Below, piece after piece: positions 49,696-59,178 of a stretch of DNA of 64,000 bases. This DNA is from a candidate division WWE3 bacterium (GTDB lineage: Bacteria; Patescibacteriota; WWE3; UBA101185; UBA10185). Location: assembly GCA_012798115.1 (NCBI GenBank), contig JAAZNV010000007.1:25586-89585 (forward strand), written 5' to 3'. The notes beneath the pieces were generated by a model, which had not been told where the DNA came from, did no database searches, and saw nothing but the letters and a program-made list of their open reading frames with translations. Numbering within the stretch: position 1 is the first letter of the stretch; every line of letters begins with the position of its first letter. The position numbers and the translations under genes are program-made.

Positions 49696-51882
49696 CTATT
49701 TGATATTGTACCAACCATAAGGAAATCTGCTTAATGAAACAGGTGTACTGTTATCTCCGTCTTTGCAGTGGTTTATTGGTCTTATCATTATATTCTGCCA
49801 GCTTTGGACATTTGCTAGAAACTCATGTCCATCATTTGATGTTTTGGATATCTTCCAAGGATAATTTCCTGTTCCATCATCTATTTTAATATCCACTTTG
49901 TCTGCTTCATATTGTGTCCAAGTTAAATTAATTCCACTTACTCCGTTTTCTATAGCAGAAGTCAAAAGTATCCATGTTGTTTCTGGTGGTTTGATCCAAT
50001 GACATCTTGAGTCTTCGTGAATCTCTTCACTTGAGCTGTCTTGTCCATACACTTGAATTCTGTTGTTAACTGGGTCCATAACATAAAGTCTTCCTTCAGC
50101 ATCCATTGCCATATGATAAGGTCCATGGTTAAATTCTTCATTATCACTACCAAATGTTCCAAAATACCCATCAGTAGGACCTCTTGACCCCATTTCTGCT
50201 AAATAAGTTCCACTGCTACTAAACTTTTGAATTCTAAAATTGTCTCTGTCTGATACGTATATGTACCCGTTGCTATCAGCTATTATCCCTAGAGGATTAT
50301 TTAATTCCCCTGCATCACTTCCACTTGAACCAAAATGAGAAACATACTCTCCTTCTAAGCTGAACTTTTGAACTCTATTGTTTAAACTATCGGTAACAAA
50401 AACGTTTCCGCTTGTATCTACAAAGACATCCATTGGTTTATTTAATTCTCCGTCGTTAGAACCGCTAGTTCCCCAGCTTCTAATAAATGTTCCTTCTTTG
50501 TCAAAAACTTGTACCCTATCATTATTTGTATCTGCTATGTAGATAATGTTATCAAAATCTATATGAATTCCGTTTGGCGTATCAAACTGTTCTTCTTCAG
50601 CACCATAAGTACCCCATTGTTTTATGAAAGTGCCGTTTGAACTAAACTTTTGAATTCTATTGTTTGCTCTATCAACTACATAAACGTTACCATCATTATC
50701 TGTATCAACATCAGCTGGCTCATCAAACTCTCCCTCACCAGATCCATAAGATCCCCATTTAGCTACATAATCACCATTGCTTTCCACTTTTTCAATTCTA
50801 TTATTGTTTGTATCTGCTACGTAGATGTATAAACTTCCATCTTTAGTCACCCCTACACCTGCTGGATAATTGAAACGACCATCTTCATCACTTGCTCCAT
50901 ACCCCTTACTTGCAAATTCATAATTAAATCCATTAAAAGCTTCAAAACGGTTATTTATACTGTCTATAACTATTATGTCTGCTCCACTCCAAGCTAATCC
51001 TCTTGGTTCATTGAAAAGACCATTACCGTCTCCAAAGCTACCAAAGTTATTAACATAATTACCTGTGGAAGATTCAAACTCTACTATCCTATTATTTCCT
51101 AAGTCGGAGACAAATAGTTGTCCCTCATCATTTACCTTTATACTATCTGGATCACTTAACGATCCTACTTCCCCGCCAAGATTACCTTCTCCTATTGTTT
51201 GAAGATGTGTTCCATCACTATCAAACTTTTGAATTCTATTATTACCACTATCAACAATGTAAATATTTCCAGAAGAATCTATATCAATTCCTCGTGGAAG
51301 ATTAAGTTCACTTTCCCCACTTCCTTGTGTTCCAAATTGGTCTTGATAACTACCATCTGAATCAAACTTTAGAACCCTGCTGTTATTTGTATCTACTACC
51401 CAAACGTTATCGTTCTCGTCTATTGCAATTCCTGTAGGGCCATTAAAATTAGTGTTTCCTGATCCAAGAGAACCCCATTTTGTAATAAAAGTTTCTCCAT
51501 TTGAAGAAAACTTTTGAACCCTGTTGTTTCCTGTGTCCGTGACATACACTTCACCTGCACTGTTAATTGCAATGTCTGTTGGGGAATCAAAAGCTCCATC
51601 TCCTGTTCCTAATCCTCCCCATGCTGATTCTACTACCCCGTCAAGTATCATCTGAATGGAGTTATTTCCTGTATCTACTACATAAATATGTCCATCAGAA
51701 CTAACTTCAATGCCTTTTGGTAGATAAAAGTTTTGGAGGATTTCTGGAATAGTGCGTAAAAAAGGCAATGGGTCATTTGCACTTGCAAGGGCTTTGTTTT
51801 GAAGGAAAGGTAAAAACAACAAAGAAACTACCAAGAGCTTAGAAAGATCAGAAACAATGTTTTTTCCTTTTTGGCTAAGCAT
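49696..51882 (-). CDS. Secreted NHL-repeat beta-propeller protein
   Basis: Signal peptide; many P.GI..D..G..YV.D..NNR.QKF repeats (about two propellers); small C-terminal domain. Confidence 0.9.
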   Translation of the reverse strand: MLSQKGKNIVSDLSKLLVVSLLFLPFLQNKALASANDPLPFLRTIPEILQNFYLPKGIEVSSDGHIYVVDTGNNSIQMILDGVVESAWGGLGTGDGAFDSPTDIAINSAGEVYVTDTGNNRVQKFSSNGETFITKWGSLGSGNTNFNGPTGIAIDENDNVWVVDTNNSRVLKFDSDGSYQDQFGTQGSGESELNLPRGIDIDSSGNIYIVDSGNNRIQKFDSDGTHLQTIGEGNLGGEVGSLSDPDSIKVNDEGQLFVSDLGNNRIVEFESSTGNYVNNFGSFGDGNGLFNEPRGLAWSGADIIVIDSINNRFEAFNGFNYEFASKGYGASDEDGRFNYPAGVGVTKDGSLYIYVADTNNNRIEKVESNGDYVAKWGSYGSGEGEFDEPADVDTDNDGNVYVVDRANNRIQKFSSNGTFIKQWGTYGAEEEQFDTPNGIHIDFDNIIYIADTNNDRVQVFDKEGTFIRSWGTSGSNDGELNKPMDVFVDTSGNVFVTDSLNNRVQKFSLEGEYVSHFGSSGSDAGELNNPLGIIADSNGYIYVSDRDNFRIQKFSSSGTYLAEMGSRGPTDGYFGTFGSDNEEFNHGPYHMAMDAEGRLYVMDPVNNRIQVYGQDSSSEEIHEDSRCHWIKPPETTWILLTSAIENGVSGINLTWTQYEADKVDIKIDDGTGNYPWKISKTSNDGHEFLANVQSWQNIMIRPINHCKDGDNSTPVSLSRFPYGWYNIK

Positions 51883-51965
51883 TTGTAAACTAATTAACTA
51901 GCATATTAATGATATTCCAGCTTTAAGAAGTATGTCAATGTCCTGGGTTTTTAACAGTGAAAAGA

Positions 51966-52007
51966 TATGATGGAGCACTCCAGTTATGAAGTACTCTATT
52001 CTCTAAG
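51966..52007. repeat. Imperfect palindromic element, copy 1
   Basis: TGGAGCACTC-N8-AAGTACTCTA; 32/42 identical to 53398-53439. Confidence 0.6.
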
Positions 52008-52159
52008 ACATTGCTACAGTACAAAAGTAGTAATCCCTGCAGTTCGATGTTCATTTACTTCTTGAATGTTTGTTGTTTTCTTGGTGGCTTGAGATTTAAT
52101 AATCCTTGTTGTATTATTCGGGTATTCTAATACGGATCAACGTATAAAAAGGAGAGAAA

Positions 52160-52753
52160 ATGAAAAGGAAGGCAATAATGGGTTTGTCACTGCTGGTAGC
52201 TTTTATAATGTCGTGTACAACGCCCAAATCTGTTGTGGAGCTGGCTGTTCCAACGCCAATTCCGACACCACCTGTAGATCTTCCTATATGGCAGGAAGGT
52301 GTGTACATAAAGGATGATAGCGAAGTTGCACAAACTGATGCATTTGAGATTCATTTGATAACTATTTATGAAGATTTACCATTTTACGATGGTACTGTTC
52401 CTTTTGAGTTTGAAGCTTGGGAATTACCTTTGAATCCACCCTATAACCCGCTAAAGATGTTGTACATATTTGATAACTTTATAACATTCTTTTCCTACGA
52501 TGATCCAACTTCTGGTATCGCAAGTAGAGCTAGGACTTATGATAAAGCGAACGGGTTGTTGGCCGAGGCACAGCTTGAAGAAATCTTAGGAGACGGAACA
52601 GTTGTAATTTTGGAAGTGCACTACAACAAGGATGGTGAGATAATTTTTTGGTGTAGGAGCAGGATAGCCCCCATTTTAGGGTTTAAAGAGGAAGAGTTTG
52701 ATTCTCACGGTGTGAAAGAACAGGATTACTATTTTGTTTGGCCAGCTTACTAA
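52160..52753 (+). CDS. Hypothetical lipoprotein
   Basis: MKRKAIMGLSLLVAFIMSC lipobox, Pro-rich linker, SD AAGGAG. Confidence 0.7.
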   Translation: MKRKAIMGLSLLVAFIMSCTTPKSVVELAVPTPIPTPPVDLPIWQEGVYIKDDSEVAQTDAFEIHLITIYEDLPFYDGTVPFEFEAWELPLNPPYNPLKMLYIFDNFITFFSYDDPTSGIASRARTYDKANGLLAEAQLEEILGDGTVVILEVHYNKDGEIIFWCRSRIAPILGFKEEEFDSHGVKEQDYYFVWPAY

Positions 52754-52838
52754 AAGAGATAAACGCAAAAGGCTTAAGGGCATCCAACTACTAATGTTGT
52801 ATGCCCTTTAATTTAGTCCGTCTAAATGATTTCCTATC

Positions 52839-53243
52839 TTAGGTAGAAGGATGCTGATCTTCTGAACGGAAATCAATTATGGTCTTGGCAAACTCAACAA
52901 TGTCATCTATTACGACGTTTACTTTACCTGCTACGACTTGCCACCTTTTGTTACGAAAAACCCAGAACTTACTTACCTTCAAGTCATCGGCAAGAAGTGC
53001 TTCTCGTTCTTCTTGTACTGCTTCTTCAAAAGGTTTTTCGTTTTGAAGGATAAACCCCGCCATTTGAATGGCTATCCTTCTAGTGCATGTAATGTTTTCC
53101 CTACCACTGCGTAATTTACACTGATTGACGTTTGGACAGATAACCCTAGGTCTTGATAGAAAGTCTTCGGGGGTTTGCATTGTTTTATCGGTAAAGTCAA
53201 TATCGCAGGGACTCCCTTCATTAATCAATCTTATTGCTCTCAT
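52839..53243 (-). CDS. Hypothetical Cys-containing protein
   Basis: SD AAGGAGAG before ATG 53243. Confidence 0.55.
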   Translation of the reverse strand: MRAIRLINEGSPCDIDFTDKTMQTPEDFLSRPRVICPNVNQCKLRSGRENITCTRRIAIQMAGFILQNEKPFEEAVQEEREALLADDLKVSKFWVFRNKRWQVVAGKVNVVIDDIVEFAKTIIDFRSEDQHPST

Positions 53244-53397
53244 GCTACTCTCCTTATCTTTAGATATGTGTGAATTTTGCACTATTGTATCATAATCTAC
53301 AAACACACTTGTTTTAGTGGTAGGCCTTTTGCTGCTGTTTGGGTGCAGTGTTTGTCAATGATAAAAGTTGCTATGTGGCTGTTTTCTCTAGGATACG

Positions 53398-53439
53398 TAT
53401 GGTGGAGCACTCTGGTCGTTAAGTATTCTACTCTTTAGG
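53398..53439. repeat. Imperfect palindromic element, copy 2
   Basis: TGGAGCACTC-N8-AAGTATTCTA. Confidence 0.6.
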
Positions 53440-53559
53440 GTAGAAATGAGACAAATGAGACAGTATGGCTCTGAACTGTCGATGTTAGAATAATAATAGT
53501 GCAGGTTGACGTTGGGTGGTATACTCCATTCAAAATAAATCGTGTGAAAGGAGTAGATC

Positions 53560-54198
53560 ATGTATATTGTTTTTGAGGGTATCATTGGTGCAGGTAAAAC
53601 CACTCAGTGTTTTAGATTGTCTCATTGGTTAGAGGATAAATTCCCAAAACTCCATGTGTTATGTACCCGCGAACCGGGTGGGGATGAGATAGCGGAGTCA
53701 ATCAGAGGGACTGTCCAAGGAACTCCATTTAAAGAACAGATGGATGCAACGTGTGAAGCTTATCTATATGCTGCTGCCAGGGCACAGAGTCTAAGGACGG
53801 TTGTTAAACCTCGTTTGGATTCCGGTTGGATTATCATTGCGGATAGAAGTTTTATTACTTCCCTGGTTTACCAGGGATATAATCGGGGAGTTGGAATTGA
53901 CACGATTCTAGACATAAACAAAGTTGCGGTTAGTGGTATACTTCCGGATCTGGTTTTGTTCCTTGACGCCAATGTACCAACTGCCTTGGGTCGTGCTCAC
54001 GACAAAGCGGGAGACAAATGGGAGAATCTTGGTGAGGATTTCTTTGTGAAGGCCAGAGAAGGATATATAAAAGTTTCTCATCTTTCCAACCTTTTTGGTA
54101 AGTGGGTAGGAATAGATGGAAATGGCACTGAGGATGAGGTATTCCAAAGAATCTTACAGGAAGTTACGCCTTTCATACATTCCAACGAGGGTGAGTAG
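53560..54198 (+). CDS. tmk: Thymidylate kinase
   Basis: FEGIIGAGKTT, TREPGG, LYAAARAQ, ADRS..SLVYQG. Confidence 0.95.
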   Translation: MYIVFEGIIGAGKTTQCFRLSHWLEDKFPKLHVLCTREPGGDEIAESIRGTVQGTPFKEQMDATCEAYLYAAARAQSLRTVVKPRLDSGWIIIADRSFITSLVYQGYNRGVGIDTILDINKVAVSGILPDLVLFLDANVPTALGRAHDKAGDKWENLGEDFFVKAREGYIKVSHLSNLFGKWVGIDGNGTEDEVFQRILQEVTPFIHSNEGE

Positions 54199-54282
54199 TA
54201 TAAGTAAAACATTTGAAAACCCCGAACTTTTCTATAGAGGAGTCTCGGGGTATTTTGTTCCTCATAACCATAAGTTTACGAG

Positions 54283-55002
54283 GTGAAATCTATGTTAGTT
54301 TTCGATCCTAATGTAAGATGTAGTTCACTAATTAAAACAGGTGACTACATAGAGTCCTATCTTAAAGATACGGTTAATGTAAAGAGGTATATGGATTCAA
54401 GATACCCTGAAGGTATGGTTAGTGATAGGTTGTGTGATCATATTGTGAGATTAAGATTAATGGCTTTACATCTTCCCATGCCTTCTGAAGATAGAAAGCA
54501 AATCGATCGCATGATTATTGTGCATGATTTGCCGGAAATTGTTGTTGGTGATGTAACAGCAATAATAAAAAAAGAAAGGAGTTTAAGTACAGATGATGAA
54601 GTAGCTGTTGCAGAAAAAATGCTAAACGAGAGGGACTTTGCGTTATATAGCCAGTTTTCTCAAGCTGAAGACTATCTACTGGGCAACTCATTAGTAGCCT
54701 CGTGCGATAATGCTATTATTGCCAAAGTGTTAGATTCTCTTGAGGGTAGTATGTATTTTCACTACGCAATATCCAAATGGGCTAAAGCAGGTCAAATGCA
54801 ACTCCCACCAGGTTGCTCTATGGAATACTTCTTTGGAGTTGTCTTGGATGGATTTAAATGCAAGACGACAATCAAGCAAGAAACTGGAAACTTAGTTAAT
54901 GAACTGCTACTTTCTGCCTATAAGTACATTGAAAATCTGTGGGTTGGTTACGAACAAATAACCCCCGATGTGATTAAGAAAAGATTAAGTATGTATAAAT
55001 AA
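54283..55002 (+). CDS. HD-domain phosphohydrolase (YfbR/5'-deoxynucleotidase-like)
   Basis: CDH..IVHDLPEIVVGD..AKVLDSLE. Confidence 0.8.
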   Translation: MKSMLVFDPNVRCSSLIKTGDYIESYLKDTVNVKRYMDSRYPEGMVSDRLCDHIVRLRLMALHLPMPSEDRKQIDRMIIVHDLPEIVVGDVTAIIKKERSLSTDDEVAVAEKMLNERDFALYSQFSQAEDYLLGNSLVASCDNAIIAKVLDSLEGSMYFHYAISKWAKAGQMQLPPGCSMEYFFGVVLDGFKCKTTIKQETGNLVNELLLSAYKYIENLWVGYEQITPDVIKKRLSMYK

Positions 55003-55007
55003 GGAGA

Positions 55008-55802
55008 GTGAACGAAATGAAAATAATTCAACCTAAGGTATTTTTGATCGCCGAGCCGCATATTATGCGAGGTGAACTAGGCGAGTTTTTGAAACTTGTA
55101 GGTGCTCCGGAATGGCATACAGATGCTTCCTCAGACGCTGAGGAACTTTCGGAACTAATGGGTCGTGTGTGTTACCGAAGCTTTGCTCCCGGATTGAACC
55201 CGAATGTTACAAAAATTCGTGAGGGTAATGCACCTTATCTTGCAAACATAATTGAGCAGGAACACGGTTCAATTTTTGAACACTCACAACTTAGTTTCGT
55301 CTTTGCAAATATTTCAAGAGTGTTTACACACGAACTTGTTCGGCACCGTGTAGGTGTTGGAATCTCACAGGAAAGCCTGCGATATGTTCGTCTTGATAGT
55401 CTATCAGCGAGTATTCCAACGATAATCCAGGAAACTCCGGAAGCAATGACGATCTTCACAAGGACTTTTGAGTATCTTGAAAAACAACAGCGTGAACTTT
55501 CACAGGTCTTTAAGCTGGATAACCCGGAAACATCTTTTCACCAAAAGAAAAGAGCCACTTCGGCTATGCGAAGAATTGCGCCCATTGGTCTTGCTACATG
55601 CATTGGTTGGAGCGCCAACTTTCGAACTCTGCGTTGGGTATTGGAAAACAGAACACAACCAGCAGCCGAAGAAGAAATGCGCATAGTGTTTGGACAAGTT
55701 GGGGAGATTGTCACCAAGAGATACCCTAGCATCTTCTCTGATTTTACAGTTGAAAAAGTTGAAGGATTTGATTGGTATAAACCAGCTCACAGAAAAATTT
55801 AG
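55008..55802 (+). CDS. thyX: FAD-dependent thymidylate synthase
   Basis: GRVCY, HGSIFEH, SRVFTHELVRHR..SQESLRY. Confidence 0.95.
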   Translation: MNEMKIIQPKVFLIAEPHIMRGELGEFLKLVGAPEWHTDASSDAEELSELMGRVCYRSFAPGLNPNVTKIREGNAPYLANIIEQEHGSIFEHSQLSFVFANISRVFTHELVRHRVGVGISQESLRYVRLDSLSASIPTIIQETPEAMTIFTRTFEYLEKQQRELSQVFKLDNPETSFHQKKRATSAMRRIAPIGLATCIGWSANFRTLRWVLENRTQPAAEEEMRIVFGQVGEIVTKRYPSIFSDFTVEKVEGFDWYKPAHRKI

Positions 55803-55806
55803 TTAT

Positions 55807-55845
55807 AATGCCCGGATATTAAATAAAATCCGGGCATTTCTTTTT
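55807..55845 (+). terminator. Intrinsic terminator after thyX
   Basis: AATGCCCGGAT/ATCCGGGCATT inverted repeat plus T-run. Confidence 0.75.
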
Positions 55846-55970
55846 GATAATTATCTAGCACAAACTTTATGGAGACGTTATTGGTACGATTAACAACCTC
55901 TATACTTACCTACTCTACAAGTTACTGGGTTGCGCAGTTGGGGTTAAGTTGGAACTGTTATAAACTCTAG

Positions 55971-56516
55971 CTATACCAGCAAATAATTCCACCCAGGTTT
56001 CCATGACTTTGTTTTTCTCCAATCTTGATTGAATGCTTCCTCCCAAGTTTTTCCTTTAAGAATAACCTCGAGTGCTAATTGAGGTGCCCTGTGTGCTACT
56101 ATTGCCACATTTTTTCCATCGTACTTTTTCTCTAACTCATTAAGGAATATCTCCATCCTCAATTTAACATCCTCGTAGCTTTCACCATTGGGAAATCTTT
56201 CTGTAATACATTTTTCCTGAATAGGTTCTACAATTCTGGAGGGCATTCCGTTGTAATCTCCGTAATTACATTCTCTCAACAACCACTCTTTAATAATTGG
56301 TACTCGATCTTTAAATGTTATTTCCGCTGATTTTACTGCTCTTTTGAGGTCAGAACAAAAGACTACATCAAACTTCTTGTCTTTTATTTGCTTCCTCAAA
56401 TCTATCGATTGTCTTACCCCTTTTTGTGATAACTCCGCATCCGACCACCCAGAGGAAACGTCATTTAGATTATCATTAGTAGTTCCATGTACAAAATATG
56501 TAATGTTTACTGACAT
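55971..56516 (-). CDS. Histidine phosphatase superfamily protein
   Basis: FVHGTT..N, SDLKRA, LRECNYG, FPNGES, IVAH. Confidence 0.88.
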   Translation of the reverse strand: MSVNITYFVHGTTNDNLNDVSSGWSDAELSQKGVRQSIDLRKQIKDKKFDVVFCSDLKRAVKSAEITFKDRVPIIKEWLLRECNYGDYNGMPSRIVEPIQEKCITERFPNGESYEDVKLRMEIFLNELEKKYDGKNVAIVAHRAPQLALEVILKGKTWEEAFNQDWRKTKSWKPGWNYLLV

Positions 56517-56606
56517 AGAGTAATTATACCTTGGTTCTAGATTGGTTGAAAAAGTACACAGGTTGAGAACTATTTTACACTCTAAGTTATTTAGAGAAAA
56601 TCCAAC

Positions 56607-57107
56607 TCACTTCCAAAGTGACTTAGAGCCTCTTTTAGGTGAATTTAGCCACTCTGCGTACATTATATCGTAGAACCAGTCATCAACGAATTTAACCTCT
56701 TCTTCTGCTAATGCTTTCCAATCTTGTTCTGGGTTCTTTTTCTCAGCCGTGTATACTGCAAGCTCCTTGAGTTTTTGCAACCTTTCCCCTTCCTGAAGGT
56801 TATATTTAATTGACGCCGTTACCCTGCCTATATTTTTTAGCTCCATCCATCTGTGCTGGTATGCTAGCTTAAGGGCATGCGCCTTCCCACCGGCAAAGGC
56901 TTTTTCTAAATTATCTCTTGTAATAAGTCCTGCAGCATAATCTAGAGTCATTTGTGATTTTCCAAGCTCCTCTAAAGACAGACATGCTAGAAAAAAAGCT
57001 CTCGCGAATCGTTCGTTTTCAGCTAATAATTTAGCCTCTAAAAGCAGATCTAGGGCGTTATTACGTGCCCTATTTGCTATACTCTCATAGTTTAGTTTAG
57101 TGCTCAT
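56607..57107 (-). CDS. AbiV-family (HEPN) abortive infection protein
   Basis: NALDLLLEAKLL..RFARAFFLACLSLEELGK..H..K..LKELAVY. Confidence 0.75.
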   Translation of the reverse strand: MSTKLNYESIANRARNNALDLLLEAKLLAENERFARAFFLACLSLEELGKSQMTLDYAAGLITRDNLEKAFAGGKAHALKLAYQHRWMELKNIGRVTASIKYNLQEGERLQKLKELAVYTAEKKNPEQDWKALAEEEVKFVDDWFYDIMYAEWLNSPKRGSKSLWK

Positions 57108-57228
57108 GTAGTCATTATAATCTCTAAGATATAAAATGAGATAAACAAGACAGTAAAAGATTAAAATTAATGTAGTCACGGTGGTTAAATTTATTTTTGC
57201 AAATTAATAATAGTGGTAATATTTGCCT

Positions 57229-57480
57229 ATGGAATCCACCGCTAGTACTATGCTTACGGATGCTATAATATCTGGAGCTATTCAAGCGGTTTACTTTGTA
57301 GCAACAAAACTTTGGTATCTATGGGTATCTGCTATCATTATTATATTCTTCGATATTAAATACTCAACTCAGCCGCGTAAACGTAAAATTGTACGATTAA
57401 TAGTATTGGCCCTTCTGTTCGTTTATTGCTTTATCATTATCTATGTTCCATATATCCAGCGCCACTATTTTGTTAAATGA
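57229..57480 (+). CDS. Small membrane protein
   Basis: Two hydrophobic helices; TAATAT-N6-ATG. Confidence 0.55.
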   Translation: MESTASTMLTDAIISGAIQAVYFVATKLWYLWVSAIIIIFFDIKYSTQPRKRKIVRLIVLALLFVYCFIIIYVPYIQRHYFVK

Positions 57481-57538
57481 AGTTTCATCAAGCTGTCAAA
57501 GGATATTTGAGGCACAGAGGTCACTTAGGTGCCCTGTA

Positions 57539-57621
57539 TGGTGGGCGAGAGAGGACTCGAACCTCCACCCTTTCGGATACGGTCCTAAGCCGTACGCGTA
57601 TGCCAATTCCGCCACTCGCCC
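57539..57621 (-). tRNA. tRNA-Leu(TAG)
   Basis: GGGCGAGTGGCGGAATTGG...TACGG-CTTAGGA-CCGTA, long variable arm, GTTCGAGTC, CCA end. Confidence 0.96.
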
Positions 57622-57672
57622 TAGGTTATTTGATTATATTAAAAAGAGGCTCATATTACGAGCCTCTTCTTG

Positions 57673-58239
57673 TTAACTAGCAAATTGAACTTCAGATCCT
57701 GCTTGCCTGAAGCTATCAATCTTATTAATAAAGAAAGTAACTCCATTTCTCCAGTTAATATAGTTTGGAGGTGTATAAATAGGAGCTATCTTCTCAGGAG
57801 TATCAAGTCCTTTCTCAAGGTAGTTTTCTTTTATACCTTTTGCTACTGTCTCAATAGCTTCATCATAAGATTTAAAGTAAATTGCATTATTTCCATATAT
57901 ACCCCATCCAAATGGATTATATGAACCTTCAATTAATTTCTTTCCGCAAGAAGACTCCATACAAGAAATAGCAGGTAATAGTTTATAATCAAGGCTATAC
58001 TTATCTGCTACGTCAACAAATGTTTCAGCATTGGCTTTTAATGGAGATTTAAATTCATCAAAAAACTTCTCCAAAGCTTCTATTCTATCTTTTCTACTTC
58101 TTTCTATTTGTCTATCTAGAACTTCTATAGAAACCTCATTTTGCTTGCTTTTAGCAGCAACATTGGATGTTGCAGTTGCAAGATAAACAAGGATAAATGG
58201 TAGTATATTAACTTGTAGTATTAGACCTTTCTTAGTCAT
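57673..58239 (-). CDS. Lysozyme-fold/glucosaminidase-like peptidoglycan hydrolase
   Basis: LLPAISCMESSCGK..NPFGWG..YTPP..W. Confidence 0.7.
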   Translation of the reverse strand: MTKKGLILQVNILPFILVYLATATSNVAAKSKQNEVSIEVLDRQIERSRKDRIEALEKFFDEFKSPLKANAETFVDVADKYSLDYKLLPAISCMESSCGKKLIEGSYNPFGWGIYGNNAIYFKSYDEAIETVAKGIKENYLEKGLDTPEKIAPIYTPPNYINWRNGVTFFINKIDSFRQAGSEVQFAS

Positions 58240-58310
58240 ACAAGGGTAAATACTAACATAAAATTAATGTTTTATCAACTGCTATAGGATGAGAGAAGAA
58301 TGAGGTTTGA

Positions 58311-59171
58311 TTAAATTACAGTAAGGTAAACACCTGCAATTATCAAAATTGAAGCAACAATCTTTTTTAAAGGATCTTTCTTTTCATTCATAAAAATATA
58401 GGAAAGCAGTACATTTAGAAATATTCCTACTGCTTGAAGAGGTACTATGGTGGTAATTTTACCTAATTGAAAAGATCTTAAAGAAAAAATAATTAAAAGT
58501 CCCCAACTTAAGCTCATTAACCAACAGTATTTTTTGTTGCTAAGTTTATACTCAGTCAAAAGTTCTGAGGGTTTAATTCTTTCAGCAGCTAGAATAAACA
58601 TTGAAGGAACTATTAAAGTAATAGCTATATAGATAGGAAGGTTAAACTGAGGTGATATTCCAATATCTATAGATACTGCAATTGCATAGGCTATAGTTGA
58701 TAGTATTCCCATTACAATATACTTGTTTATTTCAAATTTATTTCCTTTGTACAAGACAATGAAGTTACTAAGAAGTATTAAAACTCCTCCAACCATTTTT
58801 AATGGTGAAATAGACTCATGAAAAACAAGAAGCCCTATTATTATTAGAAAGACGCTTGAAAGTTCCCCAATTATAGATATCAACGATACTTCAATATGTT
58901 TTCTTGAGGTGGTTTGAAGTCTATCGTTTATTGCATAGAAAATGCAAGACACCAAGAGTAGTATTACCGTTCTTAGACTAATTGAAAAATTGTATTTAAA
59001 CAAAGGAGATATAAGTAACAATATAAGCCCAGCCATCATCTGTAGCATTGCCGTAACAGCCCCATCATTTTTTGCATTCCTTACAGCTAGTTTATAAAAA
59101 GGAGCAAATATAACTACACATAGCAAATAAGCAACTACATTAAATTGCCAAGTGTTTACCAGATTAAACAT
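58311..59171 (-). CDS. EamA/DMT-family transporter
   Basis: Two EamA repeats, about 10 TM helices. Confidence 0.85.
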   Translation of the reverse strand: MFNLVNTWQFNVVAYLLCVVIFAPFYKLAVRNAKNDGAVTAMLQMMAGLILLLISPLFKYNFSISLRTVILLLVSCIFYAINDRLQTTSRKHIEVSLISIIGELSSVFLIIIGLLVFHESISPLKMVGGVLILLSNFIVLYKGNKFEINKYIVMGILSTIAYAIAVSIDIGISPQFNLPIYIAITLIVPSMFILAAERIKPSELLTEYKLSNKKYCWLMSLSWGLLIIFSLRSFQLGKITTIVPLQAVGIFLNVLLSYIFMNEKKDPLKKIVASILIIAGVYLTVI

Positions 59172-59178
59172 AGTTTAT

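Noticed and set aside
50050-51700. Periodic DNA repeats resembling an array
   Set aside because: Explained by NHL protein repeats; no CRISPR repeat-spacer structure or cas genes in the window.
53397-53405. GTATGGTGG match to the tRNA-Leu 3' end (57536-57544) as a possible att site
   Set aside because: Only 9 bp, partly outside the tRNA, and no integrase; compatible with chance.
57443-57680. ORFs spanning 57443-57680
   Set aside because: Antisense translations of tRNA-Leu.
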